A stretch of DNA of 64,000 bases from contig QPGO01000081.1 in NCBI GenBank assembly GCA_008632985.1, positions 124,001 to 188,000 on the forward strand, in the 5' to 3' direction. Shown piece after piece: positions 37,947-51,780 of this stretch. Position numbers and translations under genes: made by a program. Under the pieces are notes generated by a model. It was given only the letters and a program-made list of their open reading frames with translations, ran no database searches and had not been told where the DNA came from. The DNA is from Psammoneis japonica. Its lineage: Eukaryota. Position 1 is the stretch's first letter. The number at the start of each line of letters is the position of its first letter.

Positions 37947-39130
37947 TCAATCTTGATCATGGGAGTGACCGCTCACCAAATAGAGGCGTTCCATCCATTC
38001 TCTACTTTGGTGGTATTTCATTGCCACTTCATGCCCCCTTGTAGCAATTTGCAGTCGTTCCTTGTCGTGTTGCAAGTAATACAAAATTTTTCTCTTGAGA
38101 TCGCCCGTGCTGTGATAGACCACGACGCTTTCCCGTCATAAATCTTGTAGGGTAAGGGGTGCATGGGTCCGTCATGACCATGGCACCACACGCTAACGCT
38201 TCCATGAGTTTGTAATGATCTCCCACATGTCTGGTTGGGAAACTACAATAATCTTGTGACGCAAAAGAGCATCCACATATTCGTGTTGCACACTATTCCG
38301 GCCAATTCGTTTTCGCTGACCCGTGACATGGCAAATACGGATAGATTAGGATACTCTTTTCCGAGATCAAGCACTGTTTCCGATATTATTGAGCGATGTC
38401 CATACTGGTTTGTCTCTTCGCCGACTTTCCAAAAGTGAGCAACATCGTCTGGACGATCAATCTCGACGACGTTGCTATTGTTTTTCAGTCTTGTTTTTAC
38501 ATGTTTCACAATGTCACTCCTTACTCCATATCTCAACACCTGAACACCGCCATTGACTAGTTCACCAAGCGGCTCATTCTCCCAATGGATTACTTCTCCA
38601 TAATTTGCAAAGGTTTCATTTTCATGGTTTCGCCAAGCACTTGAATGAACCAGGTGCCGTCCTCGGACATGTACCTTCACCGCATAGCGAACGCGCTTTT
38701 TGGAGCCAAACAGTTTGTTCAGGTTGCTGATGCAAATTTCCAAGTCTCCGAACCCCTTTTCATGTTGATCGTCAAAGTCAATCAAATATACTTGTCGTGG
38801 TTGGAGTGTTTGATTGGCTTGCAAGTCCTTCACCAACAAATCACACTTGTGGCGGACTAAATCGACAACCCAAATCCCAGCTTCCATGTCGTGCGACTCA
38901 ACCAGCCGAGGCGAACTTGCAATACCATTTCGGATAAAATGTTGCAATTCTCCTGCAAGATCTTGGCGGTAGTCTTGTGGAAAAATGTACACTTGTTGTG
39001 GCGGTGGCGGTGCGAACTGTGGATCATCGTTGTGATGTTCTTTTGCTACCTCTGGAAAGAGTCGATAGATGATTTCAAAGTACACAGCAAATATAAAGAC
39101 GGAAGTCACGGAGAGATGTCGTCTTCTCAT
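37947..39130 (-). CDS. Type II membrane glycosyltransferase-like protein, frameshifted
   Basis: N-terminal TM anchor and LRYGVRSD. The C-terminal DHYKLMEALACGAMVMTD and YYLQHDKERLQIA..G resemble a GT-B (Glyco_trans_1_2-like) C-domain. Confidence 0.65.
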
Positions 39131-39450
39131 GTTGCTCACTGTCTCTATTCTCGTATCAACAACGGCTGCCGAAGTACAGTAGTGGTGGTTACTGTACGGT
39201 AGTGGTTATTGCTCCTTGGCCTATGTATTGGCCTGCCTCCGAAAAAATGAGGACATGCGTTAGATTTTTATTTGTTATATCATGCTCTAATAAAATCATA
39301 AATACCGGTAATAATGTCCGAACACACTTCTTGAACTCCCCCACAAAACACCCCCAGCATGATGACCCCCAAAAGTAAGCCGGAGCGCTGCTCATCGCAA
39401 TGTGATTGGCGGACATGGACATTGGCTCCGCAAAATCGCAACGCAGCGGC

Positions 39451-40460
39451 ATGGTAATAAGTTCCCGACGTCTTTTCGTTTGTTGCCTTTTGGGCATGAC
39501 ATTCTGGACGTGCAATTTTGTTCCAGCACTGCTCAGAGGCCATCCTCGATTGAAGGATGAGCCAGAACATCCTCTGCTGTTGTCTGAATCTCAATCTTTG
39601 GTGGTGTCTCAACACGACGACTTGGTGTATAAGTTTGTTAGAGACCATCCTCGATTGAAGGGTGGGCCAGCAGCAAATCCTCTGTTGCCCAATTTGAGAT
39701 CTTTTGTGGTGCATCGAAGCGACTCGGTGCACAAGCTTGGATGGGACTCCTCACCTGTTGCATTGCTCGAGCACAAGTTGGTCTTCTTCACCACCCCCAT
39801 AGTTGGTTACACTGTTTGGAAGCAACTTTTTTGATGGGTTGAGGGGCTCCCAGAGATGAATGTGACAGACCTCTTGTCCTTGCACGACCCCACAACTGAC
39901 GGCTTGACGCATCTTCGGGACTTTCCCATTGACCAAGCAAACGAGGTGATGACATCTCCAGAATGGATGCGAGCCGTTTTTCTACAAAATCCTCAAGAAC
40001 GATTCCTTTCTGCATGTCTTGACAAGGCTTTTGAAGGTGGTGGCTGGTGTGTTGATGACTGTTGTTGCATGAGATGTTGTTCAAAGATTCAGTTGAGAGG
40101 AAGCAGTGCATCTCTGCATTTCAGACATCACTGGCACTGTTTCTTTGGGCACCCAGAGCCGGTGCAGAGATCATCATTGGAGTCCTCAGCAGGAATAAAT
40201 GGAACCAAAATGTCAACATCAAATTAATTTTGTTGGGAGCTTTGAAAATGTCAAGCATGATGCTGAAGAAAGTCACTTGTGGAAAGCCTGTGGCGAGTCT
40301 GGATGGGGTTAATTTGGGAATGAATCCATCTTTGGAGCCACCAAAACTTGTCATGCAACAGGCTCCAAAGCAATCATGTCCAAGCACTGTGACGAACAGC
40401 TTTTCAATCAGGTGAAAGAATTCAACAGAATGGATTATAAAAATGATGTCTGTTCGCATC
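39451..40460 (+). pseudogene. Carbohydrate sulfotransferase (Sulfotransfer_2-like) pseudogene
   Basis: TM anchor, then WDSSPV..EHKLVFFTTPIVGYTVWKQLF* and MTSPEWMRAVFLQNPQERFLSACLDK (PAPS-binding motifs PKxxxT and RDPxERxxSAY, both damaged). Internal stop and frameshifts. Confidence 0.8.
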
Positions 40461-41159
40461 TTTTCAAGAACGACATTTGTGACAACATGCCGAAATGATG
40501 AAGCATTGACACACTTTGAAGAGACAATCGAGAGACATGTTTTGTTTATTCCATTTTGTTTACTCCATGCAGCAGCTGGGTGGGGGCAGGCTCGTGAAAA
40601 AGTTGCAAAGAATAAAATGGGTCTTTGAGTTGGACAAGCACAACGTCAATGGCCAGACTACAATGCGACTCGGCAAGTGGCCTGGGGAGATCTTGTTGCG
40701 TTTGACTGCATCTGACTGATGTGTTCCAGCAACATGCTCAAACGAAGTCATTTTTGGGAAACCCCTCCAGAGTCCAGACAGCAATCTCACATGGAACAGC
40801 GTCGACAATGGTGGAGGGGTTTTTCTCATCGATTCTGTTCCGTCCTGGAGCAGCGCAGAGATCGTTCATGTGTCACAAGAATTCTTAAGCCCATGAAATG
40901 GTTGTCTTTTTCATGTAGATGCGTGGATTGGGATGGTGGCACCGAATCTCTTTGTGCGGACACTTCATTGCGGCTTCTCCATGTAGACTGTCAGGATTGT
41001 TGTTGACAGACTCTCTCCACGAAAGTCGTGTTCACAAAAACGTAATCACAGACCACTGCCATGCCGTCCCTCTATCGTACGAACAGGCGCTAGACGAGAG
41101 ACAGACTCATCCAAGGATTGCTTTTAGTTGGCTTCCTGCATCCCCTTTAACTGTAACAA

Positions 41160-41558
41160 GTGCTGGGATGTCAACGCTTTCTGCCTGCACCGACACCACA
41201 AGCCAAGAAGGCAGAATTTACACTTCCGATTGCGACTAAAGCTCCTCAGAAAAGACTGACTTACAGAAAAACATTCCAAGAAGTTTGCAAATGGAAAGAT
41301 CCAACGCATGGTAAGGAGCGAATCAAGATCTGCTGCTACGACCTCCCGCCTCGGTTCAACGAGGAGCTAGAAGAGCACTCATTTTTTGAAACACCTCCGC
41401 GCATTCTGGATCCATCAAAGTTGCAGAAACTCATGAGCGGAATGGAAGAAGCATGGGGACTCTTTTGGTGCCAAGACGATGATCTTGCGAGCGAAGCCAT
41501 CCTTTGCAGTCTTTGCAAAAGGCTTGGACAGCGTCGGACACTTAAAAAATCTATTTAG
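41160..41558 (+). pseudogene. Possible exostosin (GT47)-like fragment
   Basis: IKICCYDLPPRFNEEL resembles the exostosin N-terminal KIYVYDLPxxFN motif; the rest is short and unrecognisable. Confidence 0.35.
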
Positions 41559-41711
41559 TAGTAGCAACAATTATCCGAATGATGCTCCTCCTTTCTAGCA
41601 CGATCAGCATTCAAACGTTGCTGGAATGAAATGAAGCGCGCGACGGGAGGTTCACCAGTAACAACAAAGAAGAAAGCATGTAACGTATAGATTGGTTCTT
41701 TCACATCTGTT

Positions 41712-43858
41712 CTAGAGAAGGGATTCACTTTGCGACGTAGAGTCGCGCGTTCCGTCGGACTCTTCTTCGGTGTATTTGTATATAATCCTTGTAAACGTGA
41801 AGCAGGCGATAACCGCGATAGCACCACAATACAGCCCCAAACAGACGGATATCATCCCCATGTAGGTGAAGTAGACTAGAAAAGCCAAGAGACCCTCCAA
41901 ATCCAGATCTATCATGAGGAACCAGCAGCTAAAGAGAAAGAAGTGCAATCCACAAGAAGCACCATTGAAGAAAGTATTCCACCACCAGCGATGATTCTCG
42001 TGGTTCAGTTGGAGGTAGCACATGATGATTGAAATACAGGAGCACACAACAGTCAAGAGAAGTGCCTTGGCAAACAGATACCCCGTCTCGTAGTAAAACT
42101 GCCCTAGCCACAATGCGTTCATAATGGGCCGCAATTCACTGTAGATAAAGACAAACTGAACAGTACCACTCAAGACACAGGAAGCCGGTGGCTCACAATA
42201 CCATGGTTGATCGGGAATTAGTCTTGCAACTGCATGCGTTTCGGAAGGAACTGTCACCTTGTCCAAGCTGAAACCAATGCGAGTTCCCGCATAGGTTGAA
42301 GGCTTCAACATCATGAGTCCGAGAGCCACGACACAAAGCAGTATCGTAGAGAAAGAAGCAGTTGATGCTGCTCCTTCAAAGTACAGCAATGTGTTCAAAG
42401 TAAATACGCCAACATGAATGCTGCTGGCAAAATGTTTGACATGATGTGGAAGGTATGTTTCCACGTTGAACCATCGAAATACTTGTAGAGGCGACCAGCG
42501 ACATACCCTCCCACTATACCAGACAAAGAGTATAGAACTAGCAATGCAGTCAGCATCACTCCCATTTTGCAAGGACTGATGACATGAGAAACCGCAAGGA
42601 TCAATGTCAGAAGCGCTGTAAACCCAACTTGGGATCCCGTACCCACAAAAGCACAAAGCAGAGTAGGACAGAATCTTGGGGTCCGGAATACATCGCCTTG
42701 TAGAACTATCCAACCAGTTCCAAGTGCCTTCTTGTACGCAGCAATGTCCTTCTTGAGCGTATGGACCAAGGCCGCAAAGAACACTCCTAGTAGCACCGTA
42801 AGAAAAAGAAGGAAATTCACAAGGCGGAAATAATCGCGAGGATACCTGTGAACAATGTAGACATCCCATCGATCTGCCCAAGGTAAGTCAGCCTTGCGCC
42901 ACTGTACCTCATATGAAAAAGGAACCTCCAAGGGTTCTCCAGCTGGACCGGTACGAAGCGCAAGATATGTGTTGGGGTCATTCTCCGGGCTGCTGGTGGT
43001 GTTGCACGCGAACTTCTTTCCATTCCATTCAGCGGCTTCTGGTTCGAATGAAACTGGATAGACATCAAAACCAGTGACTCGAATGCCATTAAATAAGGTT
43101 GGATCCTCGTGATAAGTAACTGTAAACTTGAGATGGTTGTATATGTAATATTCGTCGTTCTTTAGGCCGGTGAATGATGGTGGTGCTAAGAAGCCCACGG
43201 GATACCCACGCACGGCATAGTTAAGCTCTGTTGATCTCATGAGGAGAGGGAGCCCGTCAAGAGACATGTGAATGCGGTACTGGTTACGAACAAGCTTCCT
43301 GAACCATCTAAGCTTCTTGCCAGATAAAGTGAGGGTAAAATACTGTGTGCAACTCATACTCTCCTTGGTTCGAATGACAAACGGCGCCTGCTTGGTGTCG
43401 TAACCCTCTAGGCGCGTTCCAACATGGGTTCTCCTCTCCTTTCCTGTTGCACGAATATAACCAAGGTCCTCGAGACGAAAAGGCACTAGTGTTCGCTTGG
43501 ACCGCACAGAATCTGAGTAGACAGGAATCATTTCATGATCGCGGTACTCGTTTGGTTCAGCTCCTGGAAATAACACGCTTGTCATGGAGGAAGCAGGACG
43601 ACCCATGATCCCCTGACGCTTCTTATTTCGAAGTAAGTAGCTACGCAGAGCTGCAGATTCTGCACTGTGACTAACCTCATTCGCGCCTTGCCGACGAAGG
43701 TTAATGTACTGTGGATCTGCCGGCAAAGAAGGAGGCAGAAAAACCTCATGATTCGCCTCAACTGTGCCTATTTTCGACTGAATGAGGAACAGCGCAAACA
43801 CTGCTACCCTTTTTAATCGTACGGAGCAATAACAAGTACAGGTAGAAGGGGCCTTCAT
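41712..43858 (-). CDS. TM9SF: Transmembrane 9 superfamily (EMP70/nonaspanin) protein, one frameshift near 42400
   Basis: LDGLP, IYNHLKFTV.YH, RWDVY, GWIVLQGDVFRTP, GIVGGYVAGRLY, RLIPDQPWY and ENHRWWWNTF motifs; nine-TM C-terminus. Confidence 0.92.
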
Positions 43859-44129
43859 GGTTCTTCAATATATCTTTCATCAGGGCAGGGCGGCGACAAG
43901 AGTTGATTTTGACACTCTACACTGTTCTTCGTTTTTCCCGCGAATGTTTCAGTCGTGTTCGTTGATGTGCAGTCGCGGGAATGAGTTTTTCGCGCGCTTT
44001 TTGTTTCATGCTGATTCGCACGAAGCTGATCGCGTTTTCGCTGGATGGCGAGACGATCATCTCGGAGGGTGGATGCCAGTGGGGTGTCATGCGAAATGGC
44101 CTCAGCACGTCATCTTTAGCGTGTGATGT

Positions 44130-47100
44130 CCAGATTGCTCAGCATATCACAGAACCTGTAAAGCAACAAACCAGCACCATCTTCCCACTGAGGATGCCTG
44201 GAGAGCTGGTTTGTGAAAATGGAGTGATGCGCGAGAGCCGCCGCTGAGGCATCTCGGTGAGAGCAGCTGTGACACTGCTGTGGGGCCACAGCGGTGCTCG
44301 GACATCCTCACATTCACAAAGCCACAAACCTCCAAATGGGACTTTTGCCACTTGTCCATGAGCTTTGCAGCTGTCATGCAGAGAGCATCACCTTGGCTTC
44401 TTTGCCACACAAGTGGCCCATCGTCGCATGATGACATGACAAACAGTGCCAAGAAATGACGTCGTTCACATCTGTGATCTAACAGAACCTGCTCTGGTGT
44501 CTTGGATCTGTGCAGCAATTTTGTGTCTGTGTCTGGAACACAAACGTCCACCACCACATCTGCAGAATTTGCAGGCTGGAATGTCTCTACGATCGCCGTC
44601 TCTTGGCATGTTCGAGTTTGCAGTGCTTGCAGGTGAGTCATCCAACTGGCTTGAGGTCTTGGGACTTTGTGACTTGCAACCAGGGTCAATGACAGGTTTG
44701 CTGTGTGCATGATGGGAAGGCTCAGTGGCTTTGGCCGGTTGACAGCTCAGCAGCTCGTGTCATGGGATCTCGCAGCATCATGGCAGCCACACAACATGAT
44801 GCTCAATGCGCCATCATTTGATGACATCACAGCACATTTGTCACTCAGACAGCAAAGTCAAAAACATGTGCAAATTGGCAAAATGTCACAAGAGATGCAC
44901 ACTGGTGCTGCCAATTGAGTCCCAAGAAATCTGTTGAAATGCCGCCATCCAAAGTTTTTCCTCACAGCACCTGACGTGGGTGGTGAACCCAGAATGACAG
45001 ATGGAACGGTGTGGTGGACTTTCACAAATTGCAGCTGCACATGAATGTCTGCTGTCACAGTCCAAAAAACAACCCTTGGGTGCAATTGGTGGGGGGAGGT
45101 GAAAGCAGCACTTGCAAAAGCAGCACAGCAGCATTTCGCTTGTGTTGCAAGTGTGAGAGCATGAAAAAATCATGCTGAAATCTCTGTCCAGGCCACACAC
45201 CCAACAGAAGACATGAAGCTTGCATGGCAAGTGACACAAGCATCACACCACTTTTTTCACAGAGTGTGCTTTGGCATTTTTTCCGGAGGGATTGCTCCCA
45301 GTTTTCACGTTGACAATTGATGCCACGGCAACCCCCCACAGAGAGGAAATTGCCAAGATTTTGCTTGTCTGTGTGGATGACAAAAGCAACTTTTGCAATG
45401 CCAATTGAAAAGGCCAACAAAGCCCTGTGAGTGCCACTCATTGTGCACCAGAAGTCATCACAAAATCATTGTCAACTTTGAGCTGCGGGTCTGACATGTC
45501 TGGCATGTCCCCTCTCCACTCTCCTGTCTCTGGCACTCACATGCAAAGTCAACATGTGGGATCTGTGGTGTGGAGGTCCCCTGTTTTGTGTGGTTGTGCA
45601 TGGGACAAATGTCAATTGACAGTTGTGTCTGGCAGCTGGAGTCTGACTGAAAATGTCCTGAGCAGCACACAGGATTGGAAGCAAAGCAGCTGTTGCACTG
45701 CCAGCCATTTAAGATGATGATGTTCTTGTTGGCTCTCCAAGAATGTTCAATCCTTTGTCTCACTGGCTTTGTTTTGCTTTGTTTTGCACCTTTCAATTGA
45801 CCAGCATTGCAGCATTTTTTTTCTTGGAACTTGTCCGCCAGCAATCCAATGTGGTGTGGCTTGAGGCACATGTCATCATTTCCTCTGCCACATGCCAGCA
45901 TTGCTCCAAGATGCAAGACCAGGACACAAGGTTTGGGAGATTTTGTGGGTCGCAGGCTTGGAGGGGTCAAGAGACATGACAGCAGATGGCAAACACATCT
46001 TTTGCTCCTTTGTGTTTTGCACAATCATTTGTGGTGGGAGCTTCCATGACATTGCACTCAAGCTCCAAAGCAGAAGGCAACTCTCTTTCAGTTTTGCTCT
46101 CTTGTCTTGGCCACTGAAACAAGAGGTTTTTACATGCCATCCCAGCCATTTCTAAAAGCATTTTTCAACTCTTTCTTGGATGTCTCCACCAAGCTTCTCT
46201 TGCACCAGGCTGTGCCTTTGGCTCTGAGTGCATCTTTCACACCAGGAGTCACCTCAACTGATTTTTGTTGCCTTCTTCATCAAAAAGGGGTGCCTGACAG
46301 AGTTGTCTCTGATGTTGCTGGGATCTGCCATTTGCTGGATGTTTTCCGTTGCTTTGATGCTGTGGGCGGCTCTGCCTTCTGTTCCCTCATGGTTTTTTTT
46401 GGCCCCTGCTTCATTTTTCAGTGAACCCACTCCCATCCAGAGAGCAGAGAACCCCCCATCTAGAGAGCAAAGGCACTTGGCCATTTGACAGAGTTGCCTC
46501 ACATTCTTGCAAGACTAAAAACCAGTGCTCAAAGATGCTGCGTCATCAGCAACCATTTTGCCTGACTTGTTGATGCACTCAACTTTTGTGTGTCCAGAGC
46601 ACAGAAATTGCCAAACATGCCATTGGCATCATGTCTGTCAATGAGGAGCTTGCCACATGAAAGAGACAGACCCATGTGATGCCAGATGTTTTAGATGAGC
46701 TGATGATGATGACACAAGCAATCTCTCTGGTGGCAAAACATGGCTTTCAAAATTTGTGTGTGGAGCAAGTGCAGAGAGTGTGAGTTTGCCTTGCTTTGCA
46801 TCAGGCCTGGCAGGGCCTGTGTGAGCTGTGCAGTGCATGCAGAATTCATGCAGAAACAACCCACACGGGAGGTCTTTCCTCTCTTTTTCATTGCACCATT
46901 TGCAAACCTTCCAGCCAGTCAGGAGTGTTCACACCAGCAGACTGGAGACAGGTGCAATGCTGTGTCAGAGAGTGGTTGCAGACAAAAGAGTTGAGATGTC
47001 TTGCTGGTTCTTTTCCATGAGAATGCCTCAAGCTGTGTCAAGTGGTCACCCCCCCTGCTGTGTGATGGAAGGCCAATTGTGGGTGCATGGAACAGACTCA

Positions 47101-49130
47101 CTCTGCCAGCAAAACAACAGTGGAGAAATGGAAAAAGGCTGACAAGGGTGAACAGCTTTCATCAAAATCCCTCAATGTCTTGTTCAAGTTTGCAGACCTC
47201 CTGGTTCTAGAAAATTGACCATGGTGTTTCACTGGACCAGTCTGGCTTTTGAGACTTGTCAAGCACAGGCACATTGGACAACTTGTGCCACCACCAAAAA
47301 AGAAGAAGGTTGCTGGTTGGCAAGTGCCACAAATGGAGATTTGACAGTTGGCAAAGCTGCAACATTTTGCACCCTGCTCACAAACCCTGCCAGAGCATTT
47401 TGCAGCAAGTGGCAGTGCAGAATTTGGGAAGAGATGATGTCAAGCACCACTTGTTTCTGTGGGGGAGCTAGTTGTGATGATGTCAATCATTGACAAGACA
47501 GCTGAGTGTGGCAAAGTTCAATCTTTCTGGGCATTTGGAGCTTGTCTCATGTGCTGGAGTGCAGATCAAGCCATCAAACAGAAAATCACAATTGATGGAG
47601 TCAACAAAAGAACAGCCTGGACAAAGTGGCTCAAAATGCCCAAATGCTGGGGCTGTGGATGCCATTGTCACTTGGTTGCAGGACAACAAGACTGGCAGCA
47701 CCCTCCCACACCAAGAGGCAGTGGTGCCCAAAGTCACAACCTTCTCATTCTTGATGCAGGGCTGGAAAGTGTGAAAATGTGTCTCCTCCCTTTGCTTGTT
47801 GCTGGCCAGTGCTTGCTGCAGAAGCACATTTCAGTGCAGCTTGCTGTTCCACACTCTGCATGCAGGTGCCATTTTTTGCTGCCATGGTGTGCAGTTGCTG
47901 TGGATGAAGCTGCAAAGAATGCAACAAATCCTTTCAAATGTGGTTGTCTTGCTGCTCCCAGCAGCTGTTCAAAGTGTGCATTGCCAACAGGTGATGCCAA
48001 GTGCAGTGCTGCTGGCCAATCCTTTCATCTTTCTCTGCCACACATCAGTGTGCTGGAAGTGTGGGTTGGCCTGCATCAGCTTTGCCAGTCAGCTGTGTGG
48101 CAGCACTGCAAACCAGACCTGCATTTTGTTGTCTCTCACACTTTCTTGACTGGGCAGCAGTGCCATGTTGTTGTTCCTGCACTGCTGGCGGCACGAGCTG
48201 GATTGTGTTGTGCAACACCCTCTCGCGTCATTGTCAGTTTGTCAGATGGTGGGGGCTGCAACCACCATTGCACCATTCCTCTTCTGTCAGAACACCCATT
48301 GACAGAAGGAAATCACACCAATTGCAGGAAAAAATGCCACACCTTGCAACGCTCTTTTGCAACTGCAAAATGTGCCCGCATCTGCATCTGCGCCCAAACA
48401 CGACACAGACCTTTGCCACAAAGTTGTCCACCAGCCACTCACCAAACCAACATTTTAACAAGGAGCTGTTCTGCAAAACCTTGTCACACAGCGTTTTTAG
48501 TTGAAACACAATTTGTCATTGGTTTGCATGCTTTGAATGTGATCATTTGTTTTTGCTTGCAACTGATTGCCTGAATTGGTTGAGAAAGTGCACAGCTTTG
48601 TGTTGGGTTGTTGTGCCCTGGGTTTGCAAGGCAACATGTCAAATCTCCAATTGTCAGACACACACCAAGCAACAGAGAGAAACCCAAACAGCAGCCCCAG
48701 CTGGCAAAGCCCAAAATGGAGAGCTGGGTGGAGCGCCGCTGCTGCCCAGTTGAGATGCTCTGGCTGGCTCTTCAGAGAGACAGATGCTCTGTGGCAGTGC
48801 TTTCATCTCTACAGAACATGACAAACACACCCACTCTTGTTGAAACCTTGCAAGTGACTTTACAAAAAATCTGAAGCCACAAAAAGAGAGCACCAAAGGT
48901 TCTCGGTGCATGGCCACCAGCACAGCAGGGTGGTTGGTGCACCCAAGGACATTTGTCTTCCTGAGATGGTGTGTGTCACCACACACCACCCGGCAGACAC
49001 TTCTTTGAAATGCCTTTTGGTTTGTCTTTCCTCTTTCTTTCTCTCTTTTTCCTTTCTTCCTTCACATGTTTTTGTTCTTTTTTTCAAGTTGCTGCTCATT
49101 TCAACTCGGTTCCGCTTCCAACATGGGAGG
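44130..49130. repeat. TpA-depleted, heavily decayed repeat island (retroelement remnants)
   Basis: Near-complete TA and CG loss with sharp borders; spurious Cys/His/Gln-rich ORFs in all frames. Confidence 0.75.
44200..44830 (-). mobile_element. C-terminal restriction-like endonuclease region of a non-LTR retrotransposon (CRE-like)
   Basis: DVVVDVCVPDTD...RRHF..FVMS..DG...KLMDKWQKSHLEVCGFVNVRMS resembles the RLE-clade pattern DVRVTDTD...FxPFVxSxDG...LAxKWxxxYSxVCGxVxARMS. Confidence 0.6.
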
Positions 49131-49539
49131 TCGGTCGAGGGTCGACGACTCAGTCATCAATATCTAATAAGTGTGCCCAACTACGAATAAACACATAGAT
49201 GAATAATTGGAGAATTTTGATGTTCAACGGCTGTTTACTTAGTCTTCAATAAATTAATTTATATAAATTTCCTTAGTTTGCTATTTTGCTCTCTTCCAGT
49301 AAATACAAGTAGAACGGACAAGAAAATATATATCGGTAAAATTTTGAAATTTTGACTCGCTCATAATAAAGAGTTCTCATTTTGCGATATAAACAAATGA
49401 TTCAGATGACCGTACCGTACAATCTACGTGTGACACGCAGTATCACACTTTTTGCGCGGGGAGCGAAGAACTCAACCGCCGTCACGCTTCATACCTCACA
49501 AAGAGAAGCAAGAACAACTACCGGTACATTCAGACCACC

Positions 49540-51108
49540 ATGAACTTTCTTGGAGAGCCGACGGGTGCAACAGGAGGGCCTTTTAACTTTCAAGAATTAC
49601 CATGTTTATTTAGCTTGGCCTTGCACGATGTCGACAGAGACAACCTCTTGGACAAGACGGAATACACCAACTATGTGAATTTCCTTGCCGGCACGGAGGT
49701 TACGCGTTACCTTGATTTGCCAGACTTGGTTCGAGCCAACTTTGCATACTTTTCCGTGCCAAACTCTGTCGATATCAACGGGGCTCACTTTTTGCCGGCC
49801 GCCAACATACGAAAAGACAGTACTCATCTCATGACCTTTTGCGATCAAACATACTCCATGATTCAAAAACACATGGAGCACAGTCTGCATCGACCGGAGA
49901 TATCTTCTGTTTCTGAAGATACGTTGGAATGCTTATATTCACTGGCTCTGGCGGACGAAGATCGCAATTCACTGCTGAGTGAAGAGGAGTTTCCTCGTTT
50001 CGTATTCATGTACACGACCTATCATCACGGGGGCTTTGACGACATGGATGTCATGCTGCAGTCCACGTACCATGTGTTTGCAACGTCTGTCGAAGACTTG
50101 CAAATTGACATTGAGGGTGCCTATTTTCCCTTTGTGAATACCACTGAACCGGAAAGGAGACAGATGGAAATGGTGTGCAAGGAAACCAAGGAAATGGTTT
50201 TCGATTTGAATGGTCTTACCGCTGAACCGACCATTACGCCCGTAGCTTCAACGCTTCCACCCGCCGTGGTTTCATCCTCTGCACCAACCATGGCCACACT
50301 ATCACCTACCGCTGCCGCGACGCCGGAAGCTACTACGCTAGTGCCTTCACCACTACCTCGCTTGAGAATTGAGTCCGATTTTGGCATTGCCAATTCGGCT
50401 GGACTTCAGGCTGTGAACATTCTGAGTACCCAGTTAAAAGCAGCGTACATGATGACGGCTCAGCAAGTGCTCATTATGAATCAAGACCAGACTGTTGCAG
50501 CCACCTTTGTCGCGGACAGCGGGTCATTGGACTTTATTACCGACGTTTCCTGTCCCGCCTACGTCAAAGACGCCAATGTCCTGTGCCAGTCCGTTGTGGG
50601 GTCGTTTCTGGTCGAGCTTTCCTCTCCGGTAGAGTCCGTATCGCAGTTCCAGAAAGAGTATGAGGCAGAAATGAACAAGAAGATTGAGAATGGCAGTCTG
50701 CAGAACAACTTGAACTACATTTCTCCACAAACGCGCTTGACAATTCTAACCGGTAGCGGTGGTGAGGCTGCTATAATCGGCAGTGGAGGTAGTAGTCAAA
50801 ACGATTCTGACAACACGCTCCAAGCCGGAGCCATCACTGCTCTTGTTGTGGCGAGTATGGCGGTCGTTATAGCGCTGTTTTTGTTTGTACGCATCTACAG
50901 GCAAAGCAAGGGACGTGTACAATCGAATCATCCAGGGCAAGACAAGCCGCCGCACCGAGGAGAAGACGACGACGTTTCGCACTTTGAAGATGAACCGACA
51001 AGAGACTTTCATGACTCACCCACCAGTGCTCGCGGGTCAAATGTGTCACCGTCAGACCACATTTATGAGGAAGAACTTGCCATCTCGAGAACAGCCGTGC
51101 TTATTTAA
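49540..51108 (+). CDS. Single-pass membrane protein with two EF-hand-like repeats and a Ser/Thr/Pro linker
   Basis: Intact 522-aa ORF; DVDRDNLLDKTEY and DEDRNSLLSEEEF; TM AITALVVASMAVVIALFLFV. Confidence 0.85.
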   Translation: MNFLGEPTGATGGPFNFQELPCLFSLALHDVDRDNLLDKTEYTNYVNFLAGTEVTRYLDLPDLVRANFAYFSVPNSVDINGAHFLPAANIRKDSTHLMTFCDQTYSMIQKHMEHSLHRPEISSVSEDTLECLYSLALADEDRNSLLSEEEFPRFVFMYTTYHHGGFDDMDVMLQSTYHVFATSVEDLQIDIEGAYFPFVNTTEPERRQMEMVCKETKEMVFDLNGLTAEPTITPVASTLPPAVVSSSAPTMATLSPTAAATPEATTLVPSPLPRLRIESDFGIANSAGLQAVNILSTQLKAAYMMTAQQVLIMNQDQTVAATFVADSGSLDFITDVSCPAYVKDANVLCQSVVGSFLVELSSPVESVSQFQKEYEAEMNKKIENGSLQNNLNYISPQTRLTILTGSGGEAAIIGSGGSSQNDSDNTLQAGAITALVVASMAVVIALFLFVRIYRQSKGRVQSNHPGQDKPPHRGEDDDVSHFEDEPTRDFHDSPTSARGSNVSPSDHIYEEELAISRTAVLI

Positions 51109-51613
51109 AAAGAAGAGATCAATATTCAACATCCTTGGCATAATGTGAAGGAGGTGTTCAGTCCGATTGTGGGTTTTGGGGGAAGTTTTCATTTTGATAT
51201 TAGAAATAGTAGTACTCTAGAGACAGGAGTCCATTGTTGTTTATTCTTATGGACTCCTGACTCTAGAGCTACTCCTCTGATAATTTATAACAAGTAGATC
51301 CAGTGAGACTGGTTACGAGGACATTGGTACGTTTTCGACAGTGGGTGTTCAAGTTATAATCACAGTTTACAAGTTTTTCAGCTCGGATACGGCCTGCGGC
51401 ATTTCGTAGTCAACAGGCACAAGCAAAACGATCACTTGCTTTAGTGCAACTATGATACTGGGCCGACTGTGAGATGCTCTAGGGAATCTTTGGTCCCCAG
51501 CGTGGAGAAAATACGGTTCTCAATCTTTAGTACGTAGTTTGAAGTTTCCCTCTATTTATCAACTTTTGCATCAAAGGTACACCCATGGTATACGTAACTC
51601 ACTTTGTGGTCCA

Positions 51614-51780
51614 CTACTTGTTCCATGATGAAGAGTCAGTCGTGTTTCTAACTGTGAGTTGCTAATGGCATCTTTGGTCCTCAAGTGCGGAGAATCTACT
51701 TGTTCCATGATGAAGAGTCAGTCGTGTTTCTAACTGTGAGTTGCTAATGGCATCTTTGGTCCTCAAGTGCGGAGAATCTA
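51614..51780 (+). repeat. Perfect 82-bp tandem duplication within an older local duplication
   Basis: The unit CTACTTGTTCC...GCGGAGAAT occurs at 51614 and 51696. Confidence 0.9.

Noticed and set aside
1..49130. Many overlapping Cys/His/Gln-rich ORFs in all six frames of the repeat domains
   Set aside because: They are a by-product of TA loss removing TAA/TAG stops and enriching TG/CA codons, not real genes.
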